A stretch of 64,000 bases of DNA. Source: an uncultured cyanobacterium (lineage in GTDB: Bacteria > Cyanobacteriota > Cyanobacteriia > PCC-9006 > JAAUQQ01). The first letter of the stretch is position 1. Every line of letters begins with the position of its first letter. The notes beneath the pieces were generated by a model, which was given only the letters and a program-made list of their open reading frames with translations, was not told the DNA's origin and made no database searches. The position numbers and the translations under genes are program-made. The stretch covers positions 3,872,001 through 3,936,000 of the forward strand of contig OY970368.1 in the NCBI GenBank assembly GCA_963718615.1, given 5' to 3'. Shown piece by piece: positions 44,630 to 54,169 of this stretch.

Positions 44630-47434
44630 TCAACTCCCCAGTAAAGGCGCGTTCAGGACCTTTTCGATCCGGACTACAATATCTTCGCAATGGGCTAGGG
44701 TGGTGCGATCCTGAGTTCGGCGCGCTGCCGTTTGGACTTCGCTCCGTAGCTGCTGGAGTTGCGATCGCGCCAAGGCCCTCGCATCCTCCGGTGCATTCAT
44801 CGTCAACATCGCCGATAACCAATCGGCTAAGCTCACCGCCTCCTGGGCTGCGGTTTTATTGCGCAGGGTCATGTTGCTGAGGATGGCCAAGTGCTGACGT
44901 TGCAGACCACGCTGCAAGGCTGAGATCTGGGGACGGCCCTCTAGGGTGCTGGTCCAAATCGTGTCGTGGAGCGTGGTAAACAGCTCTTCTAGCGTCAGCG
45001 TTTCACGCTGGGATTGCCGCAGTTCATCATCCCGTAGACGCGCGAGGCGATCGCCCGAGAGCAGATCACTCAGCATGTAGGTTTGGAACAGCAAAATCTG
45101 GTCATAGAAGGGATAATCCACTTCCAAGCTGGGATATTGTCCCCAGTGATACCAGCGAGCCGAGGGCAACTTATTAAGCAGTTGAGATGGCAACTCGAAC
45201 GCCGATGCATTAAACACATGGGTTTTAAGTGCCTGAAGCGCTTGGCGCTGCTGCTCCAACGGGACCGGTCCCAGGGGCAACTGTCCTGGTGCATCTCCGG
45301 CGCGGTAGCGGTTAAACTGACGCCCACCAATATAGTTATTCAGCACCACCGCATTTTGAATGTAGTGGTCGAGCAACAAATCAAATTGCTGGCGCAGATC
45401 GCTGTAGCTTTTGCCCACTCCAGGCCCTCGAAGATTGAGTTTTTCCCACAACTCACGGGTTTGAGTCAGACGAGTTTGATTGTAGGTGAGCAGGTCGCTG
45501 CTGAGATCAAAGCGATTGATGCGAGGATCAACGCCAGCCATGGCATCTTCATCGGTGGCATAGGCCAAGCCTGGCTCGGCAGCACGGCTTGCAATCTGTT
45601 CTAGCTCCCGGCGCTGGGCGAGGGGAGAGTCCTGTAAGGGTTTGTAACCGTATTCGATCGCCCATTCATCATAGGGACCAATTCTCTGAGGAAAGTAATC
45701 TCCCTGTTGCCCACCCTCGGGCGCAAGGTTCACCGGTACATAGTCCATCACCGAGGCCACCATGCCCTTCTGGGCCACAATCTCAGGATTTTGCAGTTCC
45801 TCCGGCGAAAGCCAGGTACTGCCCTGGAAATTGTGCCGCAGTCCGAGCAAATGGCCGACTTCGTGGGCAATTAAACTCGACAGAAACTGATGCATATAGG
45901 TTTTTGCCGCATCGCTACTGGGCAAGACCTGTTGGAAGGTGGAGAGGGCAAGGGAGCCATAGGCGAGCTGTTGGGTGGAGAGGGGACCGAGACAGCGATC
46001 GCCCTCTCGAAACTGACTTTCTTCCGATCTAGTTTGAAGACGAGGCGATTGTTTTCCCTCCCGCAGCCCCTGGAAATCAAAGGTTGAAGGGCAGTAATCA
46101 TCATTTTTTCCGCCCAGGCGTTGCCACAGAAGTTGACCAAAGGCAGAAGGATGCAGTGTGTCAAACTCCTGGCGGGTATAGCGCACCAAATTTGCTCCCA
46201 CCAAAATATCACCGTCTAAAATTTGCCCATTAAAGGGATCAACTCGAGACGGCCCCAGGGCAAAACCGCCCTCCACCGCGTCAAACCAGCGAATGGTGTT
46301 GTAGCGAATATCTGCCGGGTCCCAATCGGCATTGTCGGGCATTTGTCGGACTTCGATGGCGTCCTTAAAGCCAATTTTTTCAAAGGCCCGATTCCACATC
46401 AAGGCTCCATCCCGAAAGGCAGCACGATACTCCTGGGGAACGGTGTTTTCAATCCAAAGCACAATCGGTTGTTTGGGGGGAGACAGGGCGGCACTGGGCT
46501 CAGCCTTTTCTAGCCTCCAACGGTTGATATAGCGAACAAAGGGATCTCGCTGTTCCCGCGCGGAAACATCTCGGTAGGCTGTAATAAAATAGCCAATCCG
46601 CTCATCCGCCAAACGGGGCTGGTAGCCGTTGTTCCAAGGCAATTGCGACAGACTGTAGTGAACCCCTAGGGTCAGGGCGCTGCTATCCGGCAATGACGAA
46701 AACTGGAGCCAACTTTCCCGACTGCCGCCCTTAAAGTTATAGCTAGCATCCAACTCCAGATTGTGCGGTAGGTTCTGAATCCCCTTGAGATAAAACTGCT
46801 CCTGATCCGGCGCGTAGCCGGTGGCCTGTAGCACAGGCATAAGCGCACTTAGAGCTACAGGCTCCCGCAAAAATAGCGGGCTCACATCCACCAACAAGCT
46901 TTGACGTTCAGGATGGGTGGCAATAATGGGCAAGCTGTAGAGCACCGAATCACTAAACGAATCCTTGAGAAATTTCTGGAGGGGGTCGTCCGGGTTACTC
47001 CGAAAATAGAGGTTGGGCACAACCACCTGGACCGTATTGTTGACGTTACGCAACGTGAAGGGAAAGTCCTGGAGCGGCATACCCCGATAGAGGCCAAATT
47101 CCCCCACACCGCTGCCTAGGGTGGTGGCCATCAAATAGTAGCGGTTGAGTTGGTCGGGCTGGATTTCGGCGAGGAGTTTGTTTTTTTTGCGATCGCGATA
47201 CAGCTTCAAAAAGCCATCCACGACCTCCAGTTTTTGGGTCGCCGTGGCAAAATCGACTTCCGGTGAGGCTTTATCTTCCTCATCCGCTGCTTCGCGGGCC
47301 GTATCCGTTTCCTCTGCTCGAACTTCTATCTCGGTCGGGGGATCAGCCGCCCAAAGGGGCGTGAAAACTAGGCTACTGCTTAAGGTGAGAAGCAAACTCA
47401 GACAAAGCGCCACCCAGAAAGAACGTTTACCCAT
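44630..47434 (-). CDS. Secreted zinc-dependent metalloprotease (DUF5117/DUF4953, EcxA-like)
   Basis: Signal peptide, PRLADERIGYF, HEVGHLLGLRHNF, SVMDY Met-turn, GPYDEWAIEYGY. Confidence 0.88.
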   Translation of the reverse strand: MGKRSFWVALCLSLLLTLSSSLVFTPLWAADPPTEIEVRAEETDTAREAADEEDKASPEVDFATATQKLEVVDGFLKLYRDRKKNKLLAEIQPDQLNRYYLMATTLGSGVGEFGLYRGMPLQDFPFTLRNVNNTVQVVVPNLYFRSNPDDPLQKFLKDSFSDSVLYSLPIIATHPERQSLLVDVSPLFLREPVALSALMPVLQATGYAPDQEQFYLKGIQNLPHNLELDASYNFKGGSRESWLQFSSLPDSSALTLGVHYSLSQLPWNNGYQPRLADERIGYFITAYRDVSAREQRDPFVRYINRWRLEKAEPSAALSPPKQPIVLWIENTVPQEYRAAFRDGALMWNRAFEKIGFKDAIEVRQMPDNADWDPADIRYNTIRWFDAVEGGFALGPSRVDPFNGQILDGDILVGANLVRYTRQEFDTLHPSAFGQLLWQRLGGKNDDYCPSTFDFQGLREGKQSPRLQTRSEESQFREGDRCLGPLSTQQLAYGSLALSTFQQVLPSSDAAKTYMHQFLSSLIAHEVGHLLGLRHNFQGSTWLSPEELQNPEIVAQKGMVASVMDYVPVNLAPEGGQQGDYFPQRIGPYDEWAIEYGYKPLQDSPLAQRRELEQIASRAAEPGLAYATDEDAMAGVDPRINRFDLSSDLLTYNQTRLTQTRELWEKLNLRGPGVGKSYSDLRQQFDLLLDHYIQNAVVLNNYIGGRQFNRYRAGDAPGQLPLGPVPLEQQRQALQALKTHVFNASAFELPSQLLNKLPSARWYHWGQYPSLEVDYPFYDQILLFQTYMLSDLLSGDRLARLRDDELRQSQRETLTLEELFTTLHDTIWTSTLEGRPQISALQRGLQRQHLAILSNMTLRNKTAAQEAVSLADWLSAMLTMNAPEDARALARSQLQQLRSEVQTAARRTQDRTTLAHCEDIVVRIEKVLNAPLLGS

Positions 47435-47626
47435 GGGAGATGTCACCGAAATACCACCGGAATGTCCTTTCTATTTTGACAGGAGAATCCGTTTTCTTGA
47501 GATCGGGACAGAAATGTGGCGCGATAGTTTTATTTTTGCTTATCGTGAGAATTTATGTGAACTTTTTGGAGGACAGAAAGAATCTTCCTGTTTTTCATAC
47601 AACAATCTACGCAAGTATCAAGTATA

Positions 47627-47767
47627 TTTAACGATTCAAACCTCACCGAAATCCTCGACGGCACCTTCACCCTCAACGCCGACGGCCTCAGCAGCAGCAT
47701 CACCGCCACCGACCTCCCTGGCCTCATCAAAGAAGAAACTAACGGAGGCGGCGTCACCCTCGTCTAA
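47627..47767 (+). pseudogene. Start-less 3' gene fragment
   Basis: FNDSNLTEILDGTFTLNADG...GGGVTLV* with strongly C-ending codons; no in-frame ATG/GTG/TTG after the TGA at 47558. Confidence 0.4.
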
Positions 47768-47816
47768 AGTCGCCGCAGCCTCAATACCGAGGCTTACAAT
47801 CCGAAAAACTCAGGGC
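47741..47816. repeat. Direct repeat copy 1 (76 bp; last 40 bp identical to copy 2)
   Basis: AGCCTCAATACCGAGGCTTACAATCCGAAAAACTCAGGGC at 47777-47816 equals 49391-49430. Confidence 0.9.
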
Positions 47817-48002
47817 CTCACCCTCTAAAAACCCGGCCAACGCCATCTCCAACACCGCCTCAACTGGATAATCAATTTCAGCCGCTCGCCGCTCAAACGC
47901 TGCCCGAATCGGCTCCGGCAAAGCCACCAGAATCATACGGGCCACGATCGGACTGAGATGTTCAGTCGTTTCTGGTTGCGCGATCGGTACCATGGTCATC
48001 AT
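47781..48002 (-). CDS. Small hypothetical protein (possible RHH/antitoxin-like)
   Basis: 73 aa from ATG 48002 with GAGGGA upstream; LPEPIRAAFERRAAEIDYPVEAVLEMALAGFL. Confidence 0.6.
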   Translation of the reverse strand: MMTMVPIAQPETTEHLSPIVARMILVALPEPIRAAFERRAAEIDYPVEAVLEMALAGFLEGEALSFSDCKPRY

Positions 48003-48044
48003 CAATCCCTCATGGGTATACGAGCATTGTATGGTGGTCCACTG

Positions 48045-48071
48045 CGGCGACGTATCAGAGATGACGATCAT
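48045..48071 (-). pseudogene. Truncated DUF3368 (PIN-like) gene start
   Basis: MIVISDTSP, translationally coupled (ATGA) to the upstream UPF0175 stop. Confidence 0.55.
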
Positions 48072-48360
48072 GCAGTCAAGCATTGGTCTGCATCAAGGGA
48101 TTGGAGCGTTCGGCGATCGCGCGCAAAATCCGTTTCGTCATAGAGCAGCTCACCCCCCGCAGCTTGCAAAAAAGCATCCAATTCCAACATCATGCTAAAC
48201 CAACAACTCCTTCAATCGCCCTGCACTCAGCAATGCATTTTGGTAAGCATGAATCAGCAAAAGCTCCAAACACTGGCGCTCCAGAGTGCCCCCAGCACCA
48301 CCCCAAGCAGACTGCATTTCTTTGGGCAATCTCATCAGGAATTTCAAGCGTAATTTTCAT
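48068..48360 (-). pseudogene. UPF0175-family antitoxin pseudogene (two frameshifts)
   Basis: MKITLEIPDEIAQ / W...LERQCLELLLIHAYQ..LLSAGRLKELL / LELDAFLQAAG..LLYDETDFARDRRTL, joined across frameshifts. Confidence 0.7.
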
Positions 48361-48460
48361 CGTTTGACCCATTCCTTCCAACGTCAAAGGGTTGCAGCAA
48401 GTTTTTCGCAGCAGGCGTTAGTCACTTCATTTTAGCTTCTACGGGCCTTCCCTACTTGGC

Positions 48461-49231
48461 TCAGAGGATTGTGTCTGGATCGACACCGAGGCTACGCAGA
48501 TGCTCTGCCAACCGCTCCGCCCGCTGCCGCTCCTCCGCTGCCACCTGCTCCGCCTGCGATCGCAACTGCTCCGACTCCGCATAGGTTAACAACTGCGCTC
48601 CCGTAGCGGGATCAAACAATCGCAACTCCCGCGTTAGCGGACCTATCGGTGACGGCAAAAACGAAGTGGTAGAAGGCGGCAGCAATCGAAGATCCAGACC
48701 CAAAACCCGGCTCGACAAAGACACCGTCCCATCCGCTAAAGTATGGGCCTCGATCGGCTCATACCCCCCATTAACCGACTCCCCATTTACTGACAGCCTT
48801 TGCCCCTTAAGCTGCGGCTGAAGATAGTCCCCCGTCGGATCATACTGAAAATATTCTTGAACCCCGAGCTGACGATATAACTCTGGCTTTGTCTCTTCAT
48901 CCTGCTTCTTCGTACTTTTAGATGTCAGCTCCAAAATGAACGACGGTAGCTTGCCACCCTCCTGCCAAGCCTTATAGCTTCGCCGCTCCCGATTATTCAC
49001 CCCAAAAATGACAAAGACATCGGGCGAGATAGTCTGACTCGGTTGTCCTTGCTCATAGTAGATAAACAAATTTCCAGAGACATAAACCCGTGGCCGACTC
49101 TGAAAAAATAGTTGTAACGCCGCAATGCAGTACACCATGTAATTTCGTGTTGCATCACTTTCCGTCATGGGCTGACCATCCGTTTCTGGATATTCAATTG
49201 GGGCAAAGGGCGCACGCGGCTGCTGAACCAT
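48461..49231 (-). CDS. Uma2/DUF820 family endonuclease
   Basis: YPETDGQPM.ES, SGNLFIYY, SPDVFV, LELTSKST, GVQEYFQYDP, C-terminal AERLAE.LR.LG.DP. Confidence 0.9.
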   Translation of the reverse strand: MVQQPRAPFAPIEYPETDGQPMTESDATRNYMVYCIAALQLFFQSRPRVYVSGNLFIYYEQGQPSQTISPDVFVIFGVNNRERRSYKAWQEGGKLPSFILELTSKSTKKQDEETKPELYRQLGVQEYFQYDPTGDYLQPQLKGQRLSVNGESVNGGYEPIEAHTLADGTVSLSSRVLGLDLRLLPPSTTSFLPSPIGPLTRELRLFDPATGAQLLTYAESEQLRSQAEQVAAEERQRAERLAEHLRSLGVDPDTIL

Positions 49232-49354
49232 AGAACTTGGGGCTCGTTGCTAGACGGCACTGCAAGGACAATCGAGCAAAAAGTGTTCGGAAAGTCTATC
49301 ACCATTGTATCGCTAGCTCATGTATTGTCAGTAAAGAAACCCCGATTGGAGGCC

Positions 49355-49430
49355 AATGGAGGCGTCGTTACCCTTGCATGAAGTAGCCATAGCCTCAATA
49401 CCGAGGCTTACAATCCGAAAAACTCAGGGC
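49355..49430. repeat. Direct repeat copy 2
   Basis: Ungapped match to 47741-47816 at an offset of 1614 bp. Confidence 0.9.
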
Positions 49431-49486
49431 TCCTCTAAGGCTTATTTCTGACCATGCATACATCCTCTCAGGCCCCTCATTCATCG

Positions 49487-50329
49487 CTAGTTGGCATAGC
49501 GCAAAATCGCCCGAGGATCATAAATTTTCTCTAGGATTTCCGTGGGGATAGGTAAGGGATTATCAGCCATATTTAACATCACTAATCGTTTTAAGCAGCG
49601 CAAGACCGGCGGCAATCCTGTAAAATAATTATCCGAAACGTAGAGCTCACAAAGATTGGATAAACGGGCGATCGCCCCCGGCAAACATTCCAAACGATTG
49701 TGACTCAAATTTAGCCATTCAAGCTGCTGTAACTGAGCCAATTCAGTAGGAACTCGGGCAATCTCATTACAACTTAAATCTAGGCGTTGGAGTTTGGGCA
49801 AATAGGTGAGCAGCGTGGGCAATACCGTCAGTTGATTGCCACTGGCCGAAAGGACTTCCAATTGGGTTAATCCGGCTAGGGCATCGGGCAAGGCGCTGAG
49901 ACGGTTGCAGTTAAGATTTAGATGGGTGAGTTGTTGCAATTGGCCGATCGCCTGGGGCAATTCTGTGAGTTGATTAAACCCGAGCGACAACCAGCGCAAA
50001 TCGAGGAGACGGGCGATCGCTCCCGGCAACACCGCAACCTGATTATCTCCCAGATAAAGCTCCTGCAATCCCGCCAATTCAAACACCACCGCTGGCACCA
50101 CTGCAAAGCCATTCAGCATCAAATCCAAACGTTTGAGACCTCGCAATTGTCCTAAGGCCAGGGGCAAATCCTGTAGCTGGTTATCGCTGAGATTGAGACT
50201 TTCGAGCTGGGTCAAGGCCAAAACCTCGCGAGGGAGCTCCGTCAGCCCCAAACTTGACAAATCTAATTCCGTCGCGCCGGTTTGGGCCGCTTGGGCAATG
50301 AGGGGGAGAGGATCATCCAGGAGAAACAT
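49487..50329 (-). CDS. Leucine-rich repeat protein
   Basis: About eleven 23-aa LxxLxLxxNxLxxLP repeats; ends NPLPIPTEILEKIYDPRAILRY. Confidence 0.9.
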   Translation of the reverse strand: MFLLDDPLPLIAQAAQTGATELDLSSLGLTELPREVLALTQLESLNLSDNQLQDLPLALGQLRGLKRLDLMLNGFAVVPAVVFELAGLQELYLGDNQVAVLPGAIARLLDLRWLSLGFNQLTELPQAIGQLQQLTHLNLNCNRLSALPDALAGLTQLEVLSASGNQLTVLPTLLTYLPKLQRLDLSCNEIARVPTELAQLQQLEWLNLSHNRLECLPGAIARLSNLCELYVSDNYFTGLPPVLRCLKRLVMLNMADNPLPIPTEILEKIYDPRAILRYAN

Positions 50330-50475
50330 ACGAGGCTTAGGGGAAGGCTGTTGCCAGAGGGTAACACAGGAGCGAACCGGGCGGGGATGGCGATCCCAAT
50401 TCGATCCGCATTCGCTTAACTGCTTTCACCCGTCTCGCCATAGATGTACCAGCATCTGAAAATCTGAGATCCGTA

Positions 50476-51171
50476 TCATCGCCCAACCTGATACTGCAAA
50501 AATAGCTCATCTCCAAGGGCCTCCACGGAATGCAGCGCGAGTCGTGGCGCTGTCTCTGGGGTAAAACCCAAGCCATCCACAGGGGTTGGAGCCGTAGCTC
50601 CGCCCAAAATCAATGGACAAACGGTCAGGTTTAACCACTGTACAAGACCCGCTTCAAAGAGGGCCGCCACCAGCGAGCCTCCCCCTAAAACAGCCACGCG
50701 GGCAAATCCAGCCGCCGCCAACCGTTGCCAAATTGCCGCCCAGTCCCAGGTCCCGGATCGCTCCGGTGCAATCCAAATCTGCTCAAAGGCGGATGCCTCA
50801 GAAGCCCCATCCACCCACCCCTGCGCCCCTGTTTTCGTCGTGAGCAACCACCGGGGCACGGGCTGCCGAAAAAACCGCGAGGCTGGGTCCAACTGCCCCG
50901 ATCGCGAACAAACCATTTGGACCGGCTGCGGGCATTGGCCTCGGGATTGGCGCTGAGCCAAAAGTGCGGGCGATCGCACCGACATCGTCGTGCCATAGGC
51001 CCGCAACGTTCCAGCCCCAAAAACCACCACATCGGCCTCGGCAACCTGCCGTTCTAATTGAGCTTGGTCCATCGGGGAGCCAAAACGAGCGGGCGATCGC
51101 GCCTGATCGGCAATCTTGCCATCCGCACTCATCGCCAAAATCACCGTGGTTTGAATCGAGCACATGGTCAT
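50476..51171 (-). CDS. RibD C-terminal (reductase) family protein
   Basis: AMSADGKI, GAGTLR, LGGGSL, TVCPLILGG..APTPVDG. Confidence 0.85.
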   Translation of the reverse strand: MTMCSIQTTVILAMSADGKIADQARSPARFGSPMDQAQLERQVAEADVVVFGAGTLRAYGTTMSVRSPALLAQRQSRGQCPQPVQMVCSRSGQLDPASRFFRQPVPRWLLTTKTGAQGWVDGASEASAFEQIWIAPERSGTWDWAAIWQRLAAAGFARVAVLGGGSLVAALFEAGLVQWLNLTVCPLILGGATAPTPVDGLGFTPETAPRLALHSVEALGDELFLQYQVGR

Positions 51172-51713
51172 CCGGAAATTGTCAGCATTTATACAGAGTA
51201 ATTACAAAGAATTTAAAATCATCAAAAGTGCTTGCAGTAGCTTTACGGAACTCGACTTTCTGCCGTATTTTACAAAGGAGTTATCACAATGGGTCGGTAA
51301 AATTTATGCCTTTTTCAAAGTAATTTAGCCCCCTAACCTTGTCGGCCCTTAGCCACCGCCCATTCAGACTAGGCATCTGCCAATCTATGCTGAGCGCGAT
51401 AGAAAACTATGGAAAACCGAACCGCTATTCATTTGAGCTGGAGCTCCTCTAGTCTCAAAAGACAAGGATTATTAGTTCACTGGGGATACAAATCGATCCT
51501 GCAAATGGCTTAATTTGTTTTTATTTTCTCAGAGATAAATAATTTTGGTTGTTTGGACTGTTTATGATCCGATAGGGAGATGACTGAGACCGATTCGTTG
51601 GTGAGTCAGCCTTTGATTGCTTCCCGCTGCTTCAGCCTCCGCAGCTTTCCTGCCTGGCATTGCCTCTCGCTGCACCCAGCTCTCTGCGCTGCCAAATTTT
51701 TGCACGTTTGCGT

Positions 51714-53084
51714 ATGCCACCTTCTTCCTTCCGTAGCATCCTCTGCTCTCGTATTTTGCTCTTGCTGCTTCCTGTCCTGGGGTTGAGTGGCTGGATGGCC
51801 TATGCGAAAGTGCGTTTCGTTTTAGGAAATACCACCCTTGCTCCGGCGTCCTCTTCAGCCCCCCCTGCGATCGGCTCAACCACAATGCCGGTAATCACAC
51901 CTTCGTCCCATCGCGATCGCGATACTGCGCTCAGCGAGATTGCTTGGCTGTTGGGGGGGACCACCGCGTTTACGATGGCCACTGTGACAGCGTTGGCAAT
52001 TTATTTATCCAGAGAATTAGCCCATCCGGTCGAGACGTTGCGCAATCAAATGCGGGCGGTGCAGCGTCAGTTGGAGAATACGTCCCCTGATTTACAGGTG
52101 GAGCCCCTTCCCCTTCAATCCCTCAAGATCCGCGAGTTTCAGCAATTGGCAACCACCTTTAATCAGTTGGCCGAATGCTTAGAACAACGGACAACCGCCC
52201 TCGCCTTGGCCTCGCGGGAGGCCACGTCGGCTTGCCAGATGAAGAGTCAGTTTCTGGCGGCAACCTCTCATGAACTGCGCACACCGCTCAATGCGCTGAT
52301 CGGCCATATTCACCTCATCCAAGACGGCTGTTGCGACAATCGGGAAGAAGAGTTGGAATGCTTGGCCCAAGCCAACCAGGCAGCGCTGCATTTGCTGCAT
52401 GTTTTGAATGAGCTGCTGGATATTGCTCGCATTGAAGCGGGTGAGTTTGAACTCAATTGGGAGCGGCTGGATCTCCATGGCCCACTGCAAGAGGTGATCA
52501 AGCTCCAGCGACCCAGCCTAGAGCAAAAAGAGCTGGCTCTGGAACTGGGAGTGGTGTCCCAGCCAGTGTGGATTTGGGGCGATCGCGCCAAACTCAGACA
52601 GGTTCTGCTCAATATTCTCCAAAATGCGATTAAGTTTACGGATCGAGGGCGTATCACCATTACGCTTCAAGTCGCGATCCCCAGTGCAGCGTCTATGCCC
52701 GATTCACCAACCGAGGAGAGCTCCGCCGAGACTCCGCCTACTGGGGTGGCCATTTTGCGGATTACCGATACGGGCATTGGCGTTGATCCCAAACAGCAAA
52801 AAGCCCTGTTTCAGCCTTTTTCCCGCGTTAGCAATACCCCGACCCGGCAATTTGAGGGAACCGGGCTAGGGTTGGTGATTTCGCGATCGCTCCTGGAAGG
52901 CATGGGCGGCCAAATCCAGCTTTCGAGCCCAGGGCTCGGCCAAGGCACCCGCGTCGAGATCCGTCTTCCCATCCACACTCAACCCCCCGGCAATCGCAAC
53001 GCAGATCCTTCGACCTCAGATCCTTTAGCCTCAGATCCTTTAGCCTCAGATCCTGCGACCTCTCGGGATTTGACCATAGACTGA
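51714..53084 (+). CDS. Membrane sensor histidine kinase (2 TM, HAMP, HisKA, HATPase)
   Basis: FLAATSHELRTPLN, NILQNAIKFT, DTGIG, GTGLGL; ATG 51714 preferred. Confidence 0.88.
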   Translation: MPPSSFRSILCSRILLLLLPVLGLSGWMAYAKVRFVLGNTTLAPASSSAPPAIGSTTMPVITPSSHRDRDTALSEIAWLLGGTTAFTMATVTALAIYLSRELAHPVETLRNQMRAVQRQLENTSPDLQVEPLPLQSLKIREFQQLATTFNQLAECLEQRTTALALASREATSACQMKSQFLAATSHELRTPLNALIGHIHLIQDGCCDNREEELECLAQANQAALHLLHVLNELLDIARIEAGEFELNWERLDLHGPLQEVIKLQRPSLEQKELALELGVVSQPVWIWGDRAKLRQVLLNILQNAIKFTDRGRITITLQVAIPSAASMPDSPTEESSAETPPTGVAILRITDTGIGVDPKQQKALFQPFSRVSNTPTRQFEGTGLGLVISRSLLEGMGGQIQLSSPGLGQGTRVEIRLPIHTQPPGNRNADPSTSDPLASDPLASDPATSRDLTID

Positions 53085-53087
53085 CAG

Positions 53088-54110
53088 CTACAGCCCCACG
53101 GGATGGCCCGCAACCATGGACTGGCTCAAGGCCGTGAGCACCTCAACCAACTGAGCTCCAACCCAGCCGGAGGAGCGCTCAGACCCTTGCTGGGCAATCA
53201 CGCAGTCTAGGAAATGGGCACAGACCCGCTGGAGGGGTTCGCCCGCCGGAATCGAAATCACTTCTTGGGCCAAACCGCCGGGGTTATACCCCCCGTTCTC
53301 TTCATCCAGATGGCCCTGCAGCAAAACCAGGGGATTAGGGGCGAGTTCGTCAAAAATTAGCGTTCCGCGATCGCCCACCAAGCCAATCCGCCGCTGCTTA
53401 TCAGGGTTCAGCCAAGAGAAATGCATTTGCACCGGCACCCCGCCAGGATAGGCCAACTGCGCCCAAACCGTATCCGCAAGCCCCCGAGGCGACAGGGGCG
53501 TTTGCAAGTGGGGCTGGAGCCAGGTGCTTCCCTGAGCCTGAACCTGGACGGGTCGTTCTCCGAGCCAGTGGTTAAAAATTGCAATGTCGTGAATCGCTAA
53601 ATCCCAAAGGGCATCAACATCCTGGCGAACCGGACAAAGATGGGTCCGGCTGGCATAGCCATAGCGCAGCTCTCCTAGGGCTCCCGACTGAATCACCCCT
53701 CGGGCTGCCTCCACCGCTGGGTTAAATAAATAGGTGTGGTCCACCACCAGGACACAGCCCTGGGTTTGAGCTTGGTGGCAGAGACCATAGGATTCCTCAG
53801 GAGTGAGGGTTAGCGGTTTCTCCACCAAGACCGACAACCCCCGCTGGAACGCCGCTGAAACCACGGGATAATGGGTCACTGCAGGCGTCGCTACCACCAG
53901 GGCATCAAGACCGGGCAACCGCAGGAGTTCCTGCCAATCGGAGGTTAATTGGACATCAGTGGGCAGCGTCATGTGCTGTTGAACCCGTTCCAGCATCGCC
54001 ACCGAGGGATCGGCGATCGCCCGTACCTGGGCACGGGGATCCGCTAAAAATTTACGAATCAAATGACTTCCCCAGCGGCCCGCCCCTAAAATACCAATGC
54101 CGATCGCCAT
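53088..54110 (-). CDS. Gfo/Idh/MocA family oxidoreductase
   Basis: GILGAGRWG, VATPAVTHY, VEKPL, DLAIHD. Confidence 0.9.
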   Translation of the reverse strand: MAIGIGILGAGRWGSHLIRKFLADPRAQVRAIADPSVAMLERVQQHMTLPTDVQLTSDWQELLRLPGLDALVVATPAVTHYPVVSAAFQRGLSVLVEKPLTLTPEESYGLCHQAQTQGCVLVVDHTYLFNPAVEAARGVIQSGALGELRYGYASRTHLCPVRQDVDALWDLAIHDIAIFNHWLGERPVQVQAQGSTWLQPHLQTPLSPRGLADTVWAQLAYPGGVPVQMHFSWLNPDKQRRIGLVGDRGTLIFDELAPNPLVLLQGHLDEENGGYNPGGLAQEVISIPAGEPLQRVCAHFLDCVIAQQGSERSSGWVGAQLVEVLTALSQSMVAGHPVGL

Positions 54111-54169
54111 AGGTTCCCATTCCCTCCATTCAAAGTTTTAGAGGACTAGGGCCTTAGAGATCCAGGGCT

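Noticed and set aside
47781-48083. 100-aa ORF as a single gene
   Set aside because: Chimera of a DUF3368 stub and a separate 73-aa gene with its own RBS
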